Origin: Nitrosopumilus sp. | Lineage (GTDB): Archaea; Thermoproteota; Nitrososphaeria; Nitrososphaerales; Nitrosopumilaceae | Reading direction: 5' to 3' | Assembly (NCBI GenBank): GCA_965214775.1 | Contig: OZ243974.1 | Coordinates: 928,001-992,000 of the forward strand | Length of the DNA: 64,000 nt | In this document: one piece after another, positions 1-10,330 of the stretch | Position numbering within the stretch: position 1 is the first letter of the stretch | Layout: every line of letters starts with the position of its first letter | Notes under the pieces: generated by a model | What the model saw: only the letters and a program-made list of their open reading frames with translations | What the model was told of the DNA's origin: nothing | Database searches by the model: none | Translations under genes and position numbers: made by a program

Positions 1-2
1 TT

Positions 3-725
3 GGTTACGAGTCAGACAAGACCGACATATCGGAATTCGTTCTGAATGAATTTCTAAAACTGGGAGATTTCTCAAACAGGTTTTTTGATATCAGGCATGA
101 AATTACAATTCCGGTCGGCTATGGCTTGGGATCAAGCGGTGCTGTTGCCTTGTCACTTTCATTTGCCTTAGACGAGGCCTTGCAGACAAAATTAGACAGG
201 ACAGAGATTGGAAGGATTGCTCATAATGCCGAAGTTAGTTGCAAAACGGGCCTTGGAGACGTATTGGCCTCATACCACGGCGGGTTTGAGATCAGGGTCA
301 AGCCGGGAGCTCCGGGAGTAGGAAACGTTGAAAAAATTTCAACTGAGAAAATTTCGATCATAATGGTTTGCTTTTCCCCGATTTCTACAAACAGGTTCAT
401 CAAAGACCGGCTATCACAAATCAACGGGCTTGGCGGCGTAATGGTCAACAGGTTGTTAGAATCAAGGAATTATGAGCATTTTCAGGATATGTCGTTGGAA
501 TTTGCAGAATATGTTGACGTCATAACGCCAGAAATGCAGAAACTTGTCAGTGAGTTGTCTGAAATCGGCATCAAGTGCGGGATTGCCCTGTTTGGCGAGA
601 CGGTTTTCACGATGATTCCAAAAGACAAGGAAGACGCCGTCTTTGGGGTTTTGAAAAAACATTCTGGCGGAATAGTCATAAAGTCAGAACTAGACGACGT
701 TGGAGCAAGAGTTCTGAGCAATTGA
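3..725 (+). CDS. pok: Pantoate kinase (GHMP kinase family), 5' end outside the window
   Basis: Frame is open from position 3; GHMP motif IPVGYGLGSSGA and TGLGDV; directly upstream of PPS, panB and coaBC. Confidence 0.88.
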   Translation, partial: GYESDKTDISEFVLNEFLKLGDFSNRFFDIRHEITIPVGYGLGSSGAVALSLSFALDEALQTKLDRTEIGRIAHNAEVSCKTGLGDVLASYHGGFEIRVKPGAPGVGNVEKISTEKISIIMVCFSPISTNRFIKDRLSQINGLGGVMVNRLLESRNYEHFQDMSLEFAEYVDVITPEMQKLVSELSEIGIKCGIALFGETVFTMIPKDKEDAVFGVLKKHSGGIVIKSELDDVGARVLSN

Positions 726-1502
726 TTGAAAACCATGCCGCCGCTAATTCCAAAATCCCACCCAAGAGCAAAATCACTATCAATAAGAAAAAGACTGGTA
801 GACGGCTTTGATGGAGGATTGGTGGCAAAGGAGGGGCTTTTAGCTCAGGGCAGAGGCGAGGCGTTTGACTACCTGCTTGGAGAGAAGACCGGAAAGGCGG
901 CCAAAAAGGCCATCAGGGCAGCAGCGGCTCAGCTGATTCAGGCACAAAACCCGGTAATTTCGGTAAATGGAAACATTGCAGCCCTGTGCCCAAAACAGAT
1001 AGTCAGGCTGGCAGACCAGACCGGTGCAAAGCTTGAGGTAAACCTCTTTTATGCAGATGAAAACAGGAAAAAGGCCATAGTCAGGACCCTGAAGAAGAAC
1101 GGTGCAGGGGAGGTTCTTGGCATCAATCCAAGATCGTCGGCAAGACTAGACGGGACTGATTCGGAGAGAAGGATCGTGGACAGGAACGGGATTTTTGCTG
1201 CAGACATCGTGGTGGTTCCGTTAGAAGACGGAGACAGAACGATGGCACTGCAAAATGCAGGAAAGACCGTCATCACGTTTGATCTTAATCCACTTTCCAG
1301 AACCTCTCAGACTGCGGACATTACAATTGTAGACAATGTCACAAGGGCAGTTGATTTGCTGACAGCTGAATGCAGGAAACTGTCCAGATCAAGTCCAGAC
1401 AGAATAGAAAGAATCATTTCTGATTTCAATAACAGGGACAATCTTTCAGAGAATGTGATCCAGATAAGGAACAACCTGACAAGGAGGGCCAAGATTGCAT
1501 AA
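726..1502 (+). CDS. pps: 4-phosphopantoate--beta-alanine ligase (archaeal phosphopantothenate synthetase)
   Basis: IPKSHPR, GRGEAFDYLLGE, SVNGN, VPLEDGDR and DLNPLSRT motifs; CoA operon context. Confidence 0.93.
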   Translation: MKTMPPLIPKSHPRAKSLSIRKRLVDGFDGGLVAKEGLLAQGRGEAFDYLLGEKTGKAAKKAIRAAAAQLIQAQNPVISVNGNIAALCPKQIVRLADQTGAKLEVNLFYADENRKKAIVRTLKKNGAGEVLGINPRSSARLDGTDSERRIVDRNGIFAADIVVVPLEDGDRTMALQNAGKTVITFDLNPLSRTSQTADITIVDNVTRAVDLLTAECRKLSRSSPDRIERIISDFNNRDNLSENVIQIRNNLTRRAKIA

Positions 1503-2337
1503 ATCTGTTCAAGACATCCTGGACATGAAAAGGGAGGGAAGGAAGATTTCTGTAATTACCAGTTATGATTACACGCTAGCATCGTTGTGCGACAAAGCCG
1601 GAATTGACATTTTGCTGGTTGGCGACAGTGCAGGCATGGTAATGCTAGGGTATGAAGATACAATCGCAGTCACAATGGATCAGATGTGCATGTTTACCGA
1701 ATCCGTAAGCAATGCAAGAAGGTCCTCGTTGCTAGTAGCCGACCTGCCGTTTATGTCATATCAGGCAAGTGCAGAGGATGCGATAAGCAATTCAGGGAGA
1801 CTGATCAGGTCAGGGGCAGACGCGGTAAAACTGGAGGGGGGCTCGACAATGGCCAAGACAGTTGGCGCAATAGTCGGCGTTGGAATTCCAGTCATGGGAC
1901 ATATCGGATTGCAGCCCCAGACTACAACGCTATCGCAGGGATACAGGGTGCAAGGAAAGACAAAAGACGCCGCAATGAAGCTAATCCAGGATGCAAAAGA
2001 TCTTCAAGAAGCCGGGGTGTTCAGCATTGCAATAGAGATGGTCAGTCACGAGGTTGCACGGATTATCTCAGAAACAGTAGACGTTCCGATTATCGGAATC
2101 GGCTCGGGAGCAGGCTGCGACGGACAGGTGCTGGTTGTTCAGGACTTGCTGGGCATGTATGATAAGATCAGGCCCAAATTTGCCAAGAGATACATGAATC
2201 TGTCCGAAGACATTGTAAAATCGCTTGAAAATTACAGAAATGACGTCGTCTCAGGAGCGTTTCCTGCCGAAGAAAATTGGTTTTCGATGGACGAAGCAGA
2301 GTTGAAAAAATTACGTGATCATGTTGCCGGCAGCTAA
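1495..2337 (+). CDS. panB: 3-methyl-2-oxobutanoate hydroxymethyltransferase
   Basis: LLVGDSAGM, ADLPFMSY, AVKLEGG, MGHIGLQPQ and CDGQVLV motifs. Confidence 0.96.
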   Translation: MHKSVQDILDMKREGRKISVITSYDYTLASLCDKAGIDILLVGDSAGMVMLGYEDTIAVTMDQMCMFTESVSNARRSSLLVADLPFMSYQASAEDAISNSGRLIRSGADAVKLEGGSTMAKTVGAIVGVGIPVMGHIGLQPQTTTLSQGYRVQGKTKDAAMKLIQDAKDLQEAGVFSIAIEMVSHEVARIISETVDVPIIGIGSGAGCDGQVLVVQDLLGMYDKIRPKFAKRYMNLSEDIVKSLENYRNDVVSGAFPAEENWFSMDEAELKKLRDHVAGS

Positions 2338-3586
2338 GAAAAAACCTAAGAAAAATCATCGTCGTCATCATCCGTCACTAGACATTGTCTCATCCCACGG
2401 AACAGAGCTGTCAGGAAGGAAGATTGTTCTGTGTGTGGCAGGCAGTGTTGCAGCATACAAGGCAATAGAACTGTCCAGGTTGCTCATGAGACACGGTGCG
2501 GATGTGACTTGCGTAGCAAGCAGTGCCGTGACCAAGCTGATCCAGCCCGATTATTTCAAATGGGCTACGGGAAATGATGTGATTACAAAGCTTACCGGGA
2601 AACTGGAACACATAAGATTGGCCGATTACAGGCAATCAGACTTGTTGGTCGTCTATCCCGGAACGGCAAATACGCTTGGAAAATTAGCTAATGGTATTGA
2701 CGATACGCCTATTTCCACAGTGTTGACAGTCGGATTTGGCTCAAAAATTCCAATTTTGATGTGTCTGGCAATGCATGAGTCAATGTATGAAAATTCTGCA
2801 GTAAAAAGGAACGTTGATTTTTTGAAAAGCAAGATCCAGTTTGTGAATCCGCAGGTGATCGAGGGAAAGGCAAAAGCCCCGGAGCCGGAACGTGTCCTAG
2901 AAGAGGTGTTGGGCAGGTTTGGTTTTTCGCCTGTTCTGAAGGATAAGAGAGTTCTCATGACGGCGGGTCCTACGATTGAATACATTGATCCCGTAAGAGT
3001 AATTACAAATGTCAGTTCGGGAAAAACAGGGGTACTGCTTGCATCAGAACTGGTTTCTGCCGGCGCAAAAGTTTCCATGATATATGGGCCGGGAAACGAA
3101 ATGCCTCCAAAGGGCGCAAAAGTTACCAACGTTAAAACAGGCAAGGAGATGTACGATGCGGCAAAAAAGGAGCTGGAGAAAAAATTCGATGTCGTCATCA
3201 TGGCAGCTGCTGCATCTGATTATACGCCTTCAAGGTTCTCAAAATCAAAGATCAAAAGCACGAAAAGATCCCTTAGTATCAGCCTCAAAAAAGCCCCAAA
3301 AATCATCGATTTGGTCAGAAAGTCTCAAAAAGAGGCGTTTCTCGTCGGATTCAAAGCCGAGACAGATGTTTCTCAGGGCAGCCTGATAAAATCAGCCCAA
3401 AAAAAGATGGTTGATTCGGATGCCGACATGATAATTGCAAACGACATTGGAAAAAAATATCAGAAGAATCCACAGATGAACAATGTTTTGATAGTTGACA
3501 GAAACAATGTGAAATCCTCAGGATGGAGAAAAAAAGAAAGCATTGCCAAGCTTATCAGAAAAGAGATCGAAAACAGGCTGAAATGA
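2315..3586 (+). CDS. coaBC: Bifunctional phosphopantothenoylcysteine decarboxylase/ligase
   Basis: GSVAAYK, PGTANTLGKLANGIDD, TAGPTIEYIDPVRVITNVSSGKTG and GFKAET motifs. Confidence 0.95.
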   Translation: MIMLPAAKKKPKKNHRRHHPSLDIVSSHGTELSGRKIVLCVAGSVAAYKAIELSRLLMRHGADVTCVASSAVTKLIQPDYFKWATGNDVITKLTGKLEHIRLADYRQSDLLVVYPGTANTLGKLANGIDDTPISTVLTVGFGSKIPILMCLAMHESMYENSAVKRNVDFLKSKIQFVNPQVIEGKAKAPEPERVLEEVLGRFGFSPVLKDKRVLMTAGPTIEYIDPVRVITNVSSGKTGVLLASELVSAGAKVSMIYGPGNEMPPKGAKVTNVKTGKEMYDAAKKELEKKFDVVIMAAAASDYTPSRFSKSKIKSTKRSLSISLKKAPKIIDLVRKSQKEAFLVGFKAETDVSQGSLIKSAQKKMVDSDADMIIANDIGKKYQKNPQMNNVLIVDRNNVKSSGWRKKESIAKLIRKEIENRLK

Positions 3587-3772
3587 AGAAATCGGAGACA
3601 AAAAATGGTTTCAACGGATGTTAAAGCAAGACAAAAAATGAAAAAGAAAAATTTCGATACACTCAAACGTATGCGACACTTCTCCTTTGAGCATCATCCA
3701 TATCCAGTAACAAAAAGTTCTCAGTCAAACCAGATACAATGGATCTACACATCAAACTGGAACAAAATTATG

Positions 3773-3882
3773 GTAATAGTTCGGGCTCTAAGTTTAGGCA
3801 TGAAAATCATTACTAATGAATGCCGATCAAAATAGAATTTGTGCATAAAATCATAAACGGCTTCCAGAACCCGATCAGTTAT
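3773..3882. mobile_element. MITE family A, degenerate copy
   Basis: GTAATAGTTCGGGCTCT...CTTCCAGAACCCGATCAGTTAT; aligns by eye with the intact copy at 5001-5111. Confidence 0.7.
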
Positions 3883-4116
3883 CAAAAGGGAGTGCGTCTG
3901 GCCGCATGACTTTGCTAGGTTCCAGGATGCAAAAGCCGTCATGGCAGAGGCGTTTGAGGATTACAATTCCAACAGGATCCACTCTACACTGGGATACCTG
4001 ACGCCAGACAAGCTTGTCCGAAAAACCCGGAAAATAAGGGGGTATGGTAAAAATGAGCGATCAAAGTGTGCGTAAAAGATCGCCAAAAGCGTTCCTATTT
4101 TATGGGATCCACTCCA
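3881..4116 (+). pseudogene. IS3-family transposase 3' remnant with right end
   Basis: 3881-4075 translates to KRECVWPHDFARFQDAKAVMAEAFEDYNSNRIHSTLGYLTP (integrase-core C-terminal YNxxRxHSxLGYxTP); ends in ...GGGATCCACTCCA. Confidence 0.8.
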
Positions 4117-4303
4117 CGCCTGCCACGCCGTATCTCAGGTGAGGGGTAAACTCGTATCTGTATCTTGCGGACTGCAATGAGATGTAAAATGTTTTTATCT
4201 TTGTCAAGAAAAACTTGTAATTCTAACTTTTTGTTGCCTACCCCATCATCTAATATTCCAAACAGATACAAACCATCTCTGCATTCGTCACATTTGGTAT
4301 GAT

Positions 4304-4435
4304 GGGGGTTGTCGCCTAATTCCGTCTACTTGACTCAATCTGCATATCTTTCTGGATTTCCGCCTTTTGTACGCCTGATCCACGTGGCATCTCAATGGTT
4401 TTCAGGAATTCTGATGAATTAGGCGACAACCCCCC
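4304..4435. mobile_element. MITE family E
   Basis: Terminal inverted repeat GGGGGTTGTCGCCTAATTC / GAATTAGGCGACAACCCCC; other copies at 29390-29519, 62269-62541 (split), 17057-17074 and 54326-54394 (ends only). Confidence 0.85.
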
Positions 4436-4530
4436 CCCCATCGTACAATGACCAAGCGGATTCTGCATTGACGTGCCAGCTTTGGTGAAGTTTCAGCAAT
4501 CAGAATCTATAAAACAAACACCCACAAGCC

Positions 4531-5645
4531 ATGCTGCATAGTGTTACATCTATGACTACGTCGTATGAACTCTTTGTAGAAGTATTACGCTGTTCTTTTT
4601 TGGGTGGCAGGCACACCGTAAACGGCAAGGAATACGTGTTGGAACCGACGATACTCAGAAGGTATGACTTTATACAACAGGATCCGAGCTTCGGTCAAAA
4701 GTCGGAGATGAACCGGATGTTTTCTGACATGCCGGATTGCTTCAGGAACACGGCCAGGAGTGAGATGTACCGGAAGGACGGTGGATGGATTCGCATGGGC
4801 TACGACGAACTGAAGGTAAAGCAATACGACATGAACGGCGAAGCCTTTCTGATCCCCATCATGGATAAGAGAACCGTCGGCATAGACACCAGCAGCTACG
4901 ACGGTGACACGTACGTGTGCATGGGGTTCTTTGACAACCCCCATGCAGGCTATCACTATGTTGAGAGGTTCCTCGAGATTCCCAGATCAAGGGAACAGCC
5001 GTAACAGGTCGGGCTCTGGAAGCTGCTCCTGATTTTAGGCACAAATCTACACGGGAGGCCTCCCCGAGATAACAAAACTCGCGCCTGAACTTCCAGAGCC
5101 CGACCTGTTACGAACAGCCTTCTGAATTCAAATGGAACAAGACGAACGCAATGTACAGAAAACGCGTGACGGAGAATCTGGAGGAGCTGTTAAAGATATC
5201 GTGCGATGTGGTTCTGATGATCAAGACCAACGCGCTGATAAAACCGGCCGAAACAACGGTAGACATATTTGTCAAGCTTGTCGAGGGCTGGTTTACGAAC
5301 TATGATTACATTGGCCAGAAAAGAACCGCGCTGAGGGACAGGCTGTTTGCACTGGCAGATTCCACGCCGGTTCACAGCGATTCAGACTTTAGTCCGCTCA
5401 GCCCGAGCAAGGTGACACGGCAACTAGTCAGGATACTGTCTGCGGGTAGGCCATATGAACCGCTGTATGCCACCAAGGAGTCCCACGAGTCAGAGCCGAT
5501 CCAGCTTGCAGACGTCTTGTGTGGGGCGCTGGCACGACAAATCATGGACAAAAAGACCGACATCTTGACTCCGTGGGAATTTCATAATCGGTTGAGGAGT
5601 AAGAAAGATGAAAAGACAGCAAAGTATCACTACTGGAGATTTTGA
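4531..5645 (+). pseudogene. DUF3800-like (RNase H-fold) protein gene interrupted by MITE A; 331 aa when restored
   Basis: Removing 5001-5119 joins ...PRSREQP-SEFKWNKTNAMYRK in frame; motifs VGIDTSS, EFKW and SHESEPIQLADVLCGAL match the DUF3800 pattern. Confidence 0.75.
5001..5111. mobile_element. MITE family A (111 bp, IS66-like GTAA..TTAC ends), intact
   Basis: Perfect 22-bp TIR GTAACAGGTCGGGCTCTGGAAG; 8-bp target duplication GAACAGCC at 4993-5000 and 5112-5119. Confidence 0.95.
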
Positions 5646-5661
5646 TAGCCACTGCCCTTAT

Positions 5662-5724
5662 AACACAGATGATCCCGCCTCTGGCGAGCCCATAGCCTGC
5701 TCGGCAGCAACTTGATCATATGTT
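5662..5724 (+). ncRNA. Candidate structured RNA 3' of the DUF3800-like gene (three-way junction)
   Basis: ATGATC 5669-74 pairs with GATCAT 5714-19, extended by AACA/TGTT; it encloses CGCC/GGCG (5676-86) and CTGC/GCAG (5697-5707) hairpins. Confidence 0.45.
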
Positions 5725-5786
5725 GGACATACCTGGATATAAGTTGGTATCTGTGAGCTGTCCCAGAGTATAAAAACACGGCAGGA

Positions 5787-5965
5787 TTAGCGAGGCCTAT
5801 ATCGTGGATTTATTTGGTTTGATGCTTTGGCACGCATCTTTCTCCTGAACCTTTTGACACACTTGTCAGGATTGCCCATGATGTCATGCTCCCAAAAGCG
5901 CAGCACGGACCAGCCCTCGCGCCTCAGTCTAGCCAACACGCGACGATCCCTGTCCATGTTTCCCT
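5787..5965 (-). pseudogene. vsr: Vsr (very short patch repair) endonuclease C-terminal remnant
   Basis: NMDRDRRVLARLRREGWSVLRFWEHDI matches the Vsr C-terminal pattern (N..RD....L...GW.VLR.WE); N-terminus replaced by repeats. Confidence 0.8.
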
Positions 5966-6319
5966 GGGGCTCCGGCGACTCTGTCTGAGGTTTCTCAACA
6001 CCTAACCGACACGCGACGATCCCTGAGAGTTGATTCGAAATTAGCAAATTTTGATCAAATGGGCACATAATGTACGCCAACCCGATCCAAATGCAGGCAA
6101 GGCGTACGTAATCCATGAAATTACTTGCTAGATTGTCAGAGTCCCCGCGCATTCAGGATGTGTGCCGGCATGACCGTCCCTAGTCTTCCCAGTAGCCCAA
6201 AAAACGGCCCCGGATTTGAAACAAATCAAATTGTGATGCCTGCAGATTCGCCCGCTGCCATCTGCACAGTCATGAATCATGTACTTCTGTGAAGACTGGT
6301 CCCCGAGTTTGATTTATTG

Positions 6320-6678
6320 GTAAGAGTTTACCCCTCCCCCAAGATACGACGTGGCAGGCGTGACCATGAAGGCTCCGGCCAGCAGTACAGCCTGAGGGGT
6401 AAACTCTTACGGGCTCTGGAAGCTGTTCCTGTCTGTCGGCCGGAGCTCTTATGATCACGTCTGCCACGCCGGGGGTAAACTCTTACGGGCTCTGGAAGCT
6501 GTTCCTGTAGTGCGCACATCAAAAAATGGATCATAATTTTGACATATCGTGCCTATTTTAATAAAAAATGTCCAGATTTCAACTGTGCACACTGACTTCA
6601 GGCACGAATTTGCCCGGGAGGCCGCCGCTCCAAGGTGACAAAACTCACGCCTGAACTTCCAGAGCCCGACCTGTTACG
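6320..6678. mobile_element. Nested MITE stack: family B (6320-6410), B/A junction fragments, family D (6508-6594) inside a split family A copy
   Basis: B TIR GTAAGAGTTTACCCCTC/GAGGGGTAAACTCTTAC; A pieces GGGCTCTGGAAGCTGTTCCTG (twice) and ...CTTCCAGAGCCCGACCTGTTAC; D matches 60098-60185. Confidence 0.85.
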
Positions 6679-6717
6679 AAGAACATTAAAATCAGAACCA
6701 AGAGATCTGAAAGAAAA

Positions 6718-7563
6718 TTGAAAGTCGATTCGTTTGAATACAAAAAAAGAAATATGGAAATTTGGAACGAAATTGCGCCAAGATATCACAAGAGATGGGC
6801 TACTGCGACACACGGACCCTTTCAGAGTACGGAAAAACTAGTAGGGCATCTTGGTGTAAAGAAGGGCAACAGCGTATTGGATGTTGCATGTGGTACGGGG
6901 GCAGTAACCAAGAGGCTGAGTCAGAAAGTCGGCAAGTCAGGCAGTGTTGTTGCCGCAGACACATCGGTTGCGGCAATAAAGATTGCGCAAAAATGGAACT
7001 GGGAGAACACAAACGTATCATTCGTAAATTCCGATGCAGAGAACTTTTCATTCAATCAAAAATTCGACATCGTTACCTGCCAGTATGCCTTGTTTTTCTT
7101 TCCAGATGCAGGCAGGGCGCTGAAAAACATGAGGAGGAATCTCAAAAAATCCGGAAAGATAGGCATATCCGTGCACGGCCACAGAGACAAGGTACCGTTT
7201 TTTGGAGCAATACGTGATGCCGTAACACAGTTCATTCCCGACTATATGCAGCAGCCAGGAACCCCAGACCTGGAAAGATACGGAACAAAAAAGGCCCTCA
7301 GAAACGAGATAGCAAAATCCGGATTTTCAAACATTTCAGTTTACGACTATGTTTTCAGATATAGCCCAAGAAAATTTGACGACTATTGGACAGATTACAT
7401 CAGATATGTTGCAAGGCCCCTCAAAGAAAAATTGTCAGCCTTGGGCAGATTGGAGAGAGAAAAACTCGGAGAGATGGTAAAGGAAAACACCAAACCGTTT
7501 ACAGATAGAAACGGAACGATTCATTTCCCTTGGGAAGTTTTAATTCTAACTGCAAAAAACTAG
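6718..7563 (+). CDS. Class I SAM-dependent methyltransferase (UbiE-like)
   Basis: VLDVACGTG motif I and FDIVTC motif. Confidence 0.85.
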   Translation: MKVDSFEYKKRNMEIWNEIAPRYHKRWATATHGPFQSTEKLVGHLGVKKGNSVLDVACGTGAVTKRLSQKVGKSGSVVAADTSVAAIKIAQKWNWENTNVSFVNSDAENFSFNQKFDIVTCQYALFFFPDAGRALKNMRRNLKKSGKIGISVHGHRDKVPFFGAIRDAVTQFIPDYMQQPGTPDLERYGTKKALRNEIAKSGFSNISVYDYVFRYSPRKFDDYWTDYIRYVARPLKEKLSALGRLEREKLGEMVKENTKPFTDRNGTIHFPWEVLILTAKN

Positions 7564-7583
7564 ATGGGAGAGGTAGAAAAGAA

Positions 7584-8090
7584 ATGGGAAAAGACAGAAA
7601 GAGGAGAAAGGCCGGAGGCAGAGAAGACAGAGAAGAAAAGCCAAAAAACAGAGATTTTAAGGCATTTCTCAAAAAAAGAGCGCCAATTTATCTCGGATTA
7701 ATGGGACTGTTCCTAGTTTTTGCAGTGCCCGAACTAACCAAGGGGGACTTGGAGAGTTCATTTCCAGAACTTTCAACTGAAGATCAGCAGATAGTGGATG
7801 TTTTGATGGGATACAACGGGCCAGATGAAGCCGGTCTGACTGTAATGGAGGCATTATCAAGCAGGATAGCAGAGGAGTATCCCGATGAAAAAATTTACAA
7901 CAACAAGAAAACGAGTGTGGATCTGTCTGTTTTAAAAATTAATTCAGAGGAATACCAGGTAATGCTTGATTTCAAGTCACACAAGGGAGAAATGAATTAC
8001 GACTGGAATGTCAATGCAGATTCGAATGAAATAGATGCAAACAATCCAGATTCAAAACACATTCTAGACGTGGTGGATTATTACGACTAG
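7584..8090 (+). CDS. Hypothetical membrane-anchored protein
   Basis: Basic N-terminus, one hydrophobic segment (PIYLGLMGLFLVFAV), long ORF. Confidence 0.7.
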   Translation: MGKDRKRRKAGGREDREEKPKNRDFKAFLKKRAPIYLGLMGLFLVFAVPELTKGDLESSFPELSTEDQQIVDVLMGYNGPDEAGLTVMEALSSRIAEEYPDEKIYNNKKTSVDLSVLKINSEEYQVMLDFKSHKGEMNYDWNVNADSNEIDANNPDSKHILDVVDYYD

Positions 8091-8092
8091 TC

Positions 8093-9181
8093 TCAAATTG
8101 TAACCAAGTCTTTTGTAAATTTGTGCATTACAAGAGCGCGATCCCTTACAATCAAGGAATCCTCAATTCTTACTCCGAATTTGTTTTCGATGTAAATTCC
8201 GGGTTCGACAGTTATTGCCATGTTTTTTTCTAATTTTGTTTCACTTTTGTAGGATACGGTTGGCAGCTCATGAACTTCCAATCCAATTCCATGGCCTGTT
8301 GAATGGACAAAGTATTTGCCAAGATTTTTGCCATCTATGAATCTCCGACAGGCAGCATCAACGTCTTTACAGCCTGCATTTGGCCTTACAGATTGCAGCC
8401 CCAATTTCTGCGATTCTTTGACAGTTTCATAGGCTTCACTTGCCTCATTAGAAATTTTGCCAAAGGCAAAGGTTCGTGTTGCGTCTGAAACATATCCCCT
8501 GTATCTTAGTGTAAGATCAGTAACGACAAGATCGCCCTTTTTGAATTTTCTTTGGGTGACTTGTGCGTGAGGAAGTGCCCCGTTTGGGCCTCCGGCAATA
8601 ATTAACGGATTCAGAGTGGACTTGTATCCGGTGTCAAACATTCCTTGTTCCATTGCAAATTTCATCAGAATTGTCTGAAGCTCGGATTCCTTTTGCCCTT
8701 CCTTCATCTTTTTTGTGCACAGCTCGAACATTTCGTCGATGATTTTTGATGCCTTTTTGAGGATTTTGATCTCGCTTTCATCCTTGATCATTCTTGCGTT
8801 GTAAAATGGCTCGGCGGAAGGCTTGATTTTTGGAACTGACTCTTTTAGATTGGCCATTGTTTGGTAGTTCTGGCAGTCAGTACAGGCTCTGTTTTTCCTG
8901 ATTTTTTTTCTTAGAGACGTGACTAGTCCTGTTCCGCGCTCGGCAGCAACCACGTCACAGTCCTCAGATTCGCCTTTTGCCCTGCCTGCCTCAAGTTCAG
9001 GCGCAATGATGGTTGTTCTGCCGTTTTTTTCCAACAGTCCTATCGCCTCTCCCCAGAACCCTGTCATGTAAAACAGGTTTTCAGGCTCAAATGCGACCAG
9101 CGTGTCACAGCCGATCTTTTGTGCATGTTTTAGAAGGTTTTTTCGACGCCGGCTCACAACAAACCATCTGGCTTTTCTCAA
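8093..9181 (-). CDS. Xaa-Pro aminopeptidase (M24 family); true start possibly GTG near 9157
   Basis: ALPH, YVSDATRT, HSTGHGIGLEVHE, TVEPGIY and GVRIED motifs. Confidence 0.92.
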   Translation of the reverse strand: MRKARWFVVSRRRKNLLKHAQKIGCDTLVAFEPENLFYMTGFWGEAIGLLEKNGRTTIIAPELEAGRAKGESEDCDVVAAERGTGLVTSLRKKIRKNRACTDCQNYQTMANLKESVPKIKPSAEPFYNARMIKDESEIKILKKASKIIDEMFELCTKKMKEGQKESELQTILMKFAMEQGMFDTGYKSTLNPLIIAGGPNGALPHAQVTQRKFKKGDLVVTDLTLRYRGYVSDATRTFAFGKISNEASEAYETVKESQKLGLQSVRPNAGCKDVDAACRRFIDGKNLGKYFVHSTGHGIGLEVHELPTVSYKSETKLEKNMAITVEPGIYIENKFGVRIEDSLIVRDRALVMHKFTKDLVTI

Positions 9182-9184
9182 TTT

Positions 9185-10258
9185 ATGTATGATGCAAAGT
9201 TTGTATATGGAAATTCAGTGGGGTTTCTTGTGACAGAAGACAAGGAAAATAAAGAGAAGAAAAAGAAGAAGGTTGTTGCGTTGCTGTCAGGCGGATTAGA
9301 CAGCCAGCTAGCAGTCAGAATGATGCAAGAGCAGGGATTTGACGTGTCAGCAGTTGCAATAAAGACGCCCTTTTGTGACTTTGATTGCGGAAGGGGGTGT
9401 GGTTTTGAGATCAGGGAACGCGCAGATGATCTCAATGTTGATCTGAAAACAGTGTATCTTGGTGACGAGTACATTGAGATGCTAAAAAATCCCAAACACG
9501 GAATTGGCGCAGGGTTTAACCCATGTGTGGATTGCCGTTCAATGATGTTTGAGGCGGCAAAAAAACACATGGAGGAAATCGGTGCGGAGTTTATAATTTC
9601 CGGAGAGGTTTTGGGACAGAGGCCCATGAGTCAGCATGCGCCCTCGCTTAGAACGATTGAAAAAGAGTCAAACCTGGTTGGAAAAATTGTAAGACCGCTA
9701 TCTGCAGGATTGCTTCCTCCAACAGATCCGGAAAAAGACGGCTTGATCAAAAGGGAGAACATGGGAATGATCAAAGGCAGAACAAGAAGAACGCAGCTAC
9801 AAATGGCAAAGGAGTATGGAATAGAAAATCCGCCAAATGCCGGTGGCGGATGCCTGCTAACAGATCCCGTCTTTGGAGTCAAGGCCAGGGATCTGTTTGA
9901 GCATACTGATACCCCCACAATAAATGATGTCGATTTGCTAAAAATTGGAAGGCATTTCAGATTGGATGAGCAAACGAAACTTGTCGTTGGAAGAAACAAG
10001 GATGAAAACGAAATGATTAAAGCAATTGCAATGCCAGGAGACGTTTTGCTTGAGGCAAAGGATCATGTCGGGCCAATTTCAATTATCCGTGGCAAAAACG
10101 CAAAGGAGCACCTTGGTTTTGCGTCGTCGGTAACTCTGAGATACTCTGATGCGCCAAAAAACGAATCATGTACGGTTTTAATCAAATCAGAAAATAATTT
10201 CGAAGAAATTACAACCAGAGGAGCTTTGGAGGAAGACTATCTGAAGTTTAGAATCTAG
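9185..10258 (+). CDS. ThiI/MnmA-like PP-loop tRNA thiolation ATP pyrophosphatase with C-terminal DUF814-like region; start possibly GTG 9230
   Basis: LLSGGLDS PP-loop, NPCVDCR, SGEVLGQRPMSQ, GGCLLTDP and GRHFR motifs. Confidence 0.82.
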   Translation: MYDAKFVYGNSVGFLVTEDKENKEKKKKKVVALLSGGLDSQLAVRMMQEQGFDVSAVAIKTPFCDFDCGRGCGFEIRERADDLNVDLKTVYLGDEYIEMLKNPKHGIGAGFNPCVDCRSMMFEAAKKHMEEIGAEFIISGEVLGQRPMSQHAPSLRTIEKESNLVGKIVRPLSAGLLPPTDPEKDGLIKRENMGMIKGRTRRTQLQMAKEYGIENPPNAGGGCLLTDPVFGVKARDLFEHTDTPTINDVDLLKIGRHFRLDEQTKLVVGRNKDENEMIKAIAMPGDVLLEAKDHVGPISIIRGKNAKEHLGFASSVTLRYSDAPKNESCTVLIKSENNFEEITTRGALEEDYLKFRI

Positions 10259-10330
10259 GCGTGAAATTTTTAAAAAATTAGTTAAAACTAAGGAAGAGTT
10301 TTTGAAGAAGTAACCGCATTTTGAAATAGA

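Noticed and set aside
5001-5111. MITE insertions as archaeal BHB-type mRNA introns
   Set aside because: They have TIRs and target duplications typical of DNA transposition, and no bulge-helix-bulge is evident at the junctions; RNA-level removal is untested.
5937-6025. 17-bp direct repeat ACACGCGACGATCCCTG as an att site or CRISPR repeat
   Set aside because: Only two copies 72 bp apart at the junction of the Vsr remnant and a MITE J end; better explained as a local duplication during decay.
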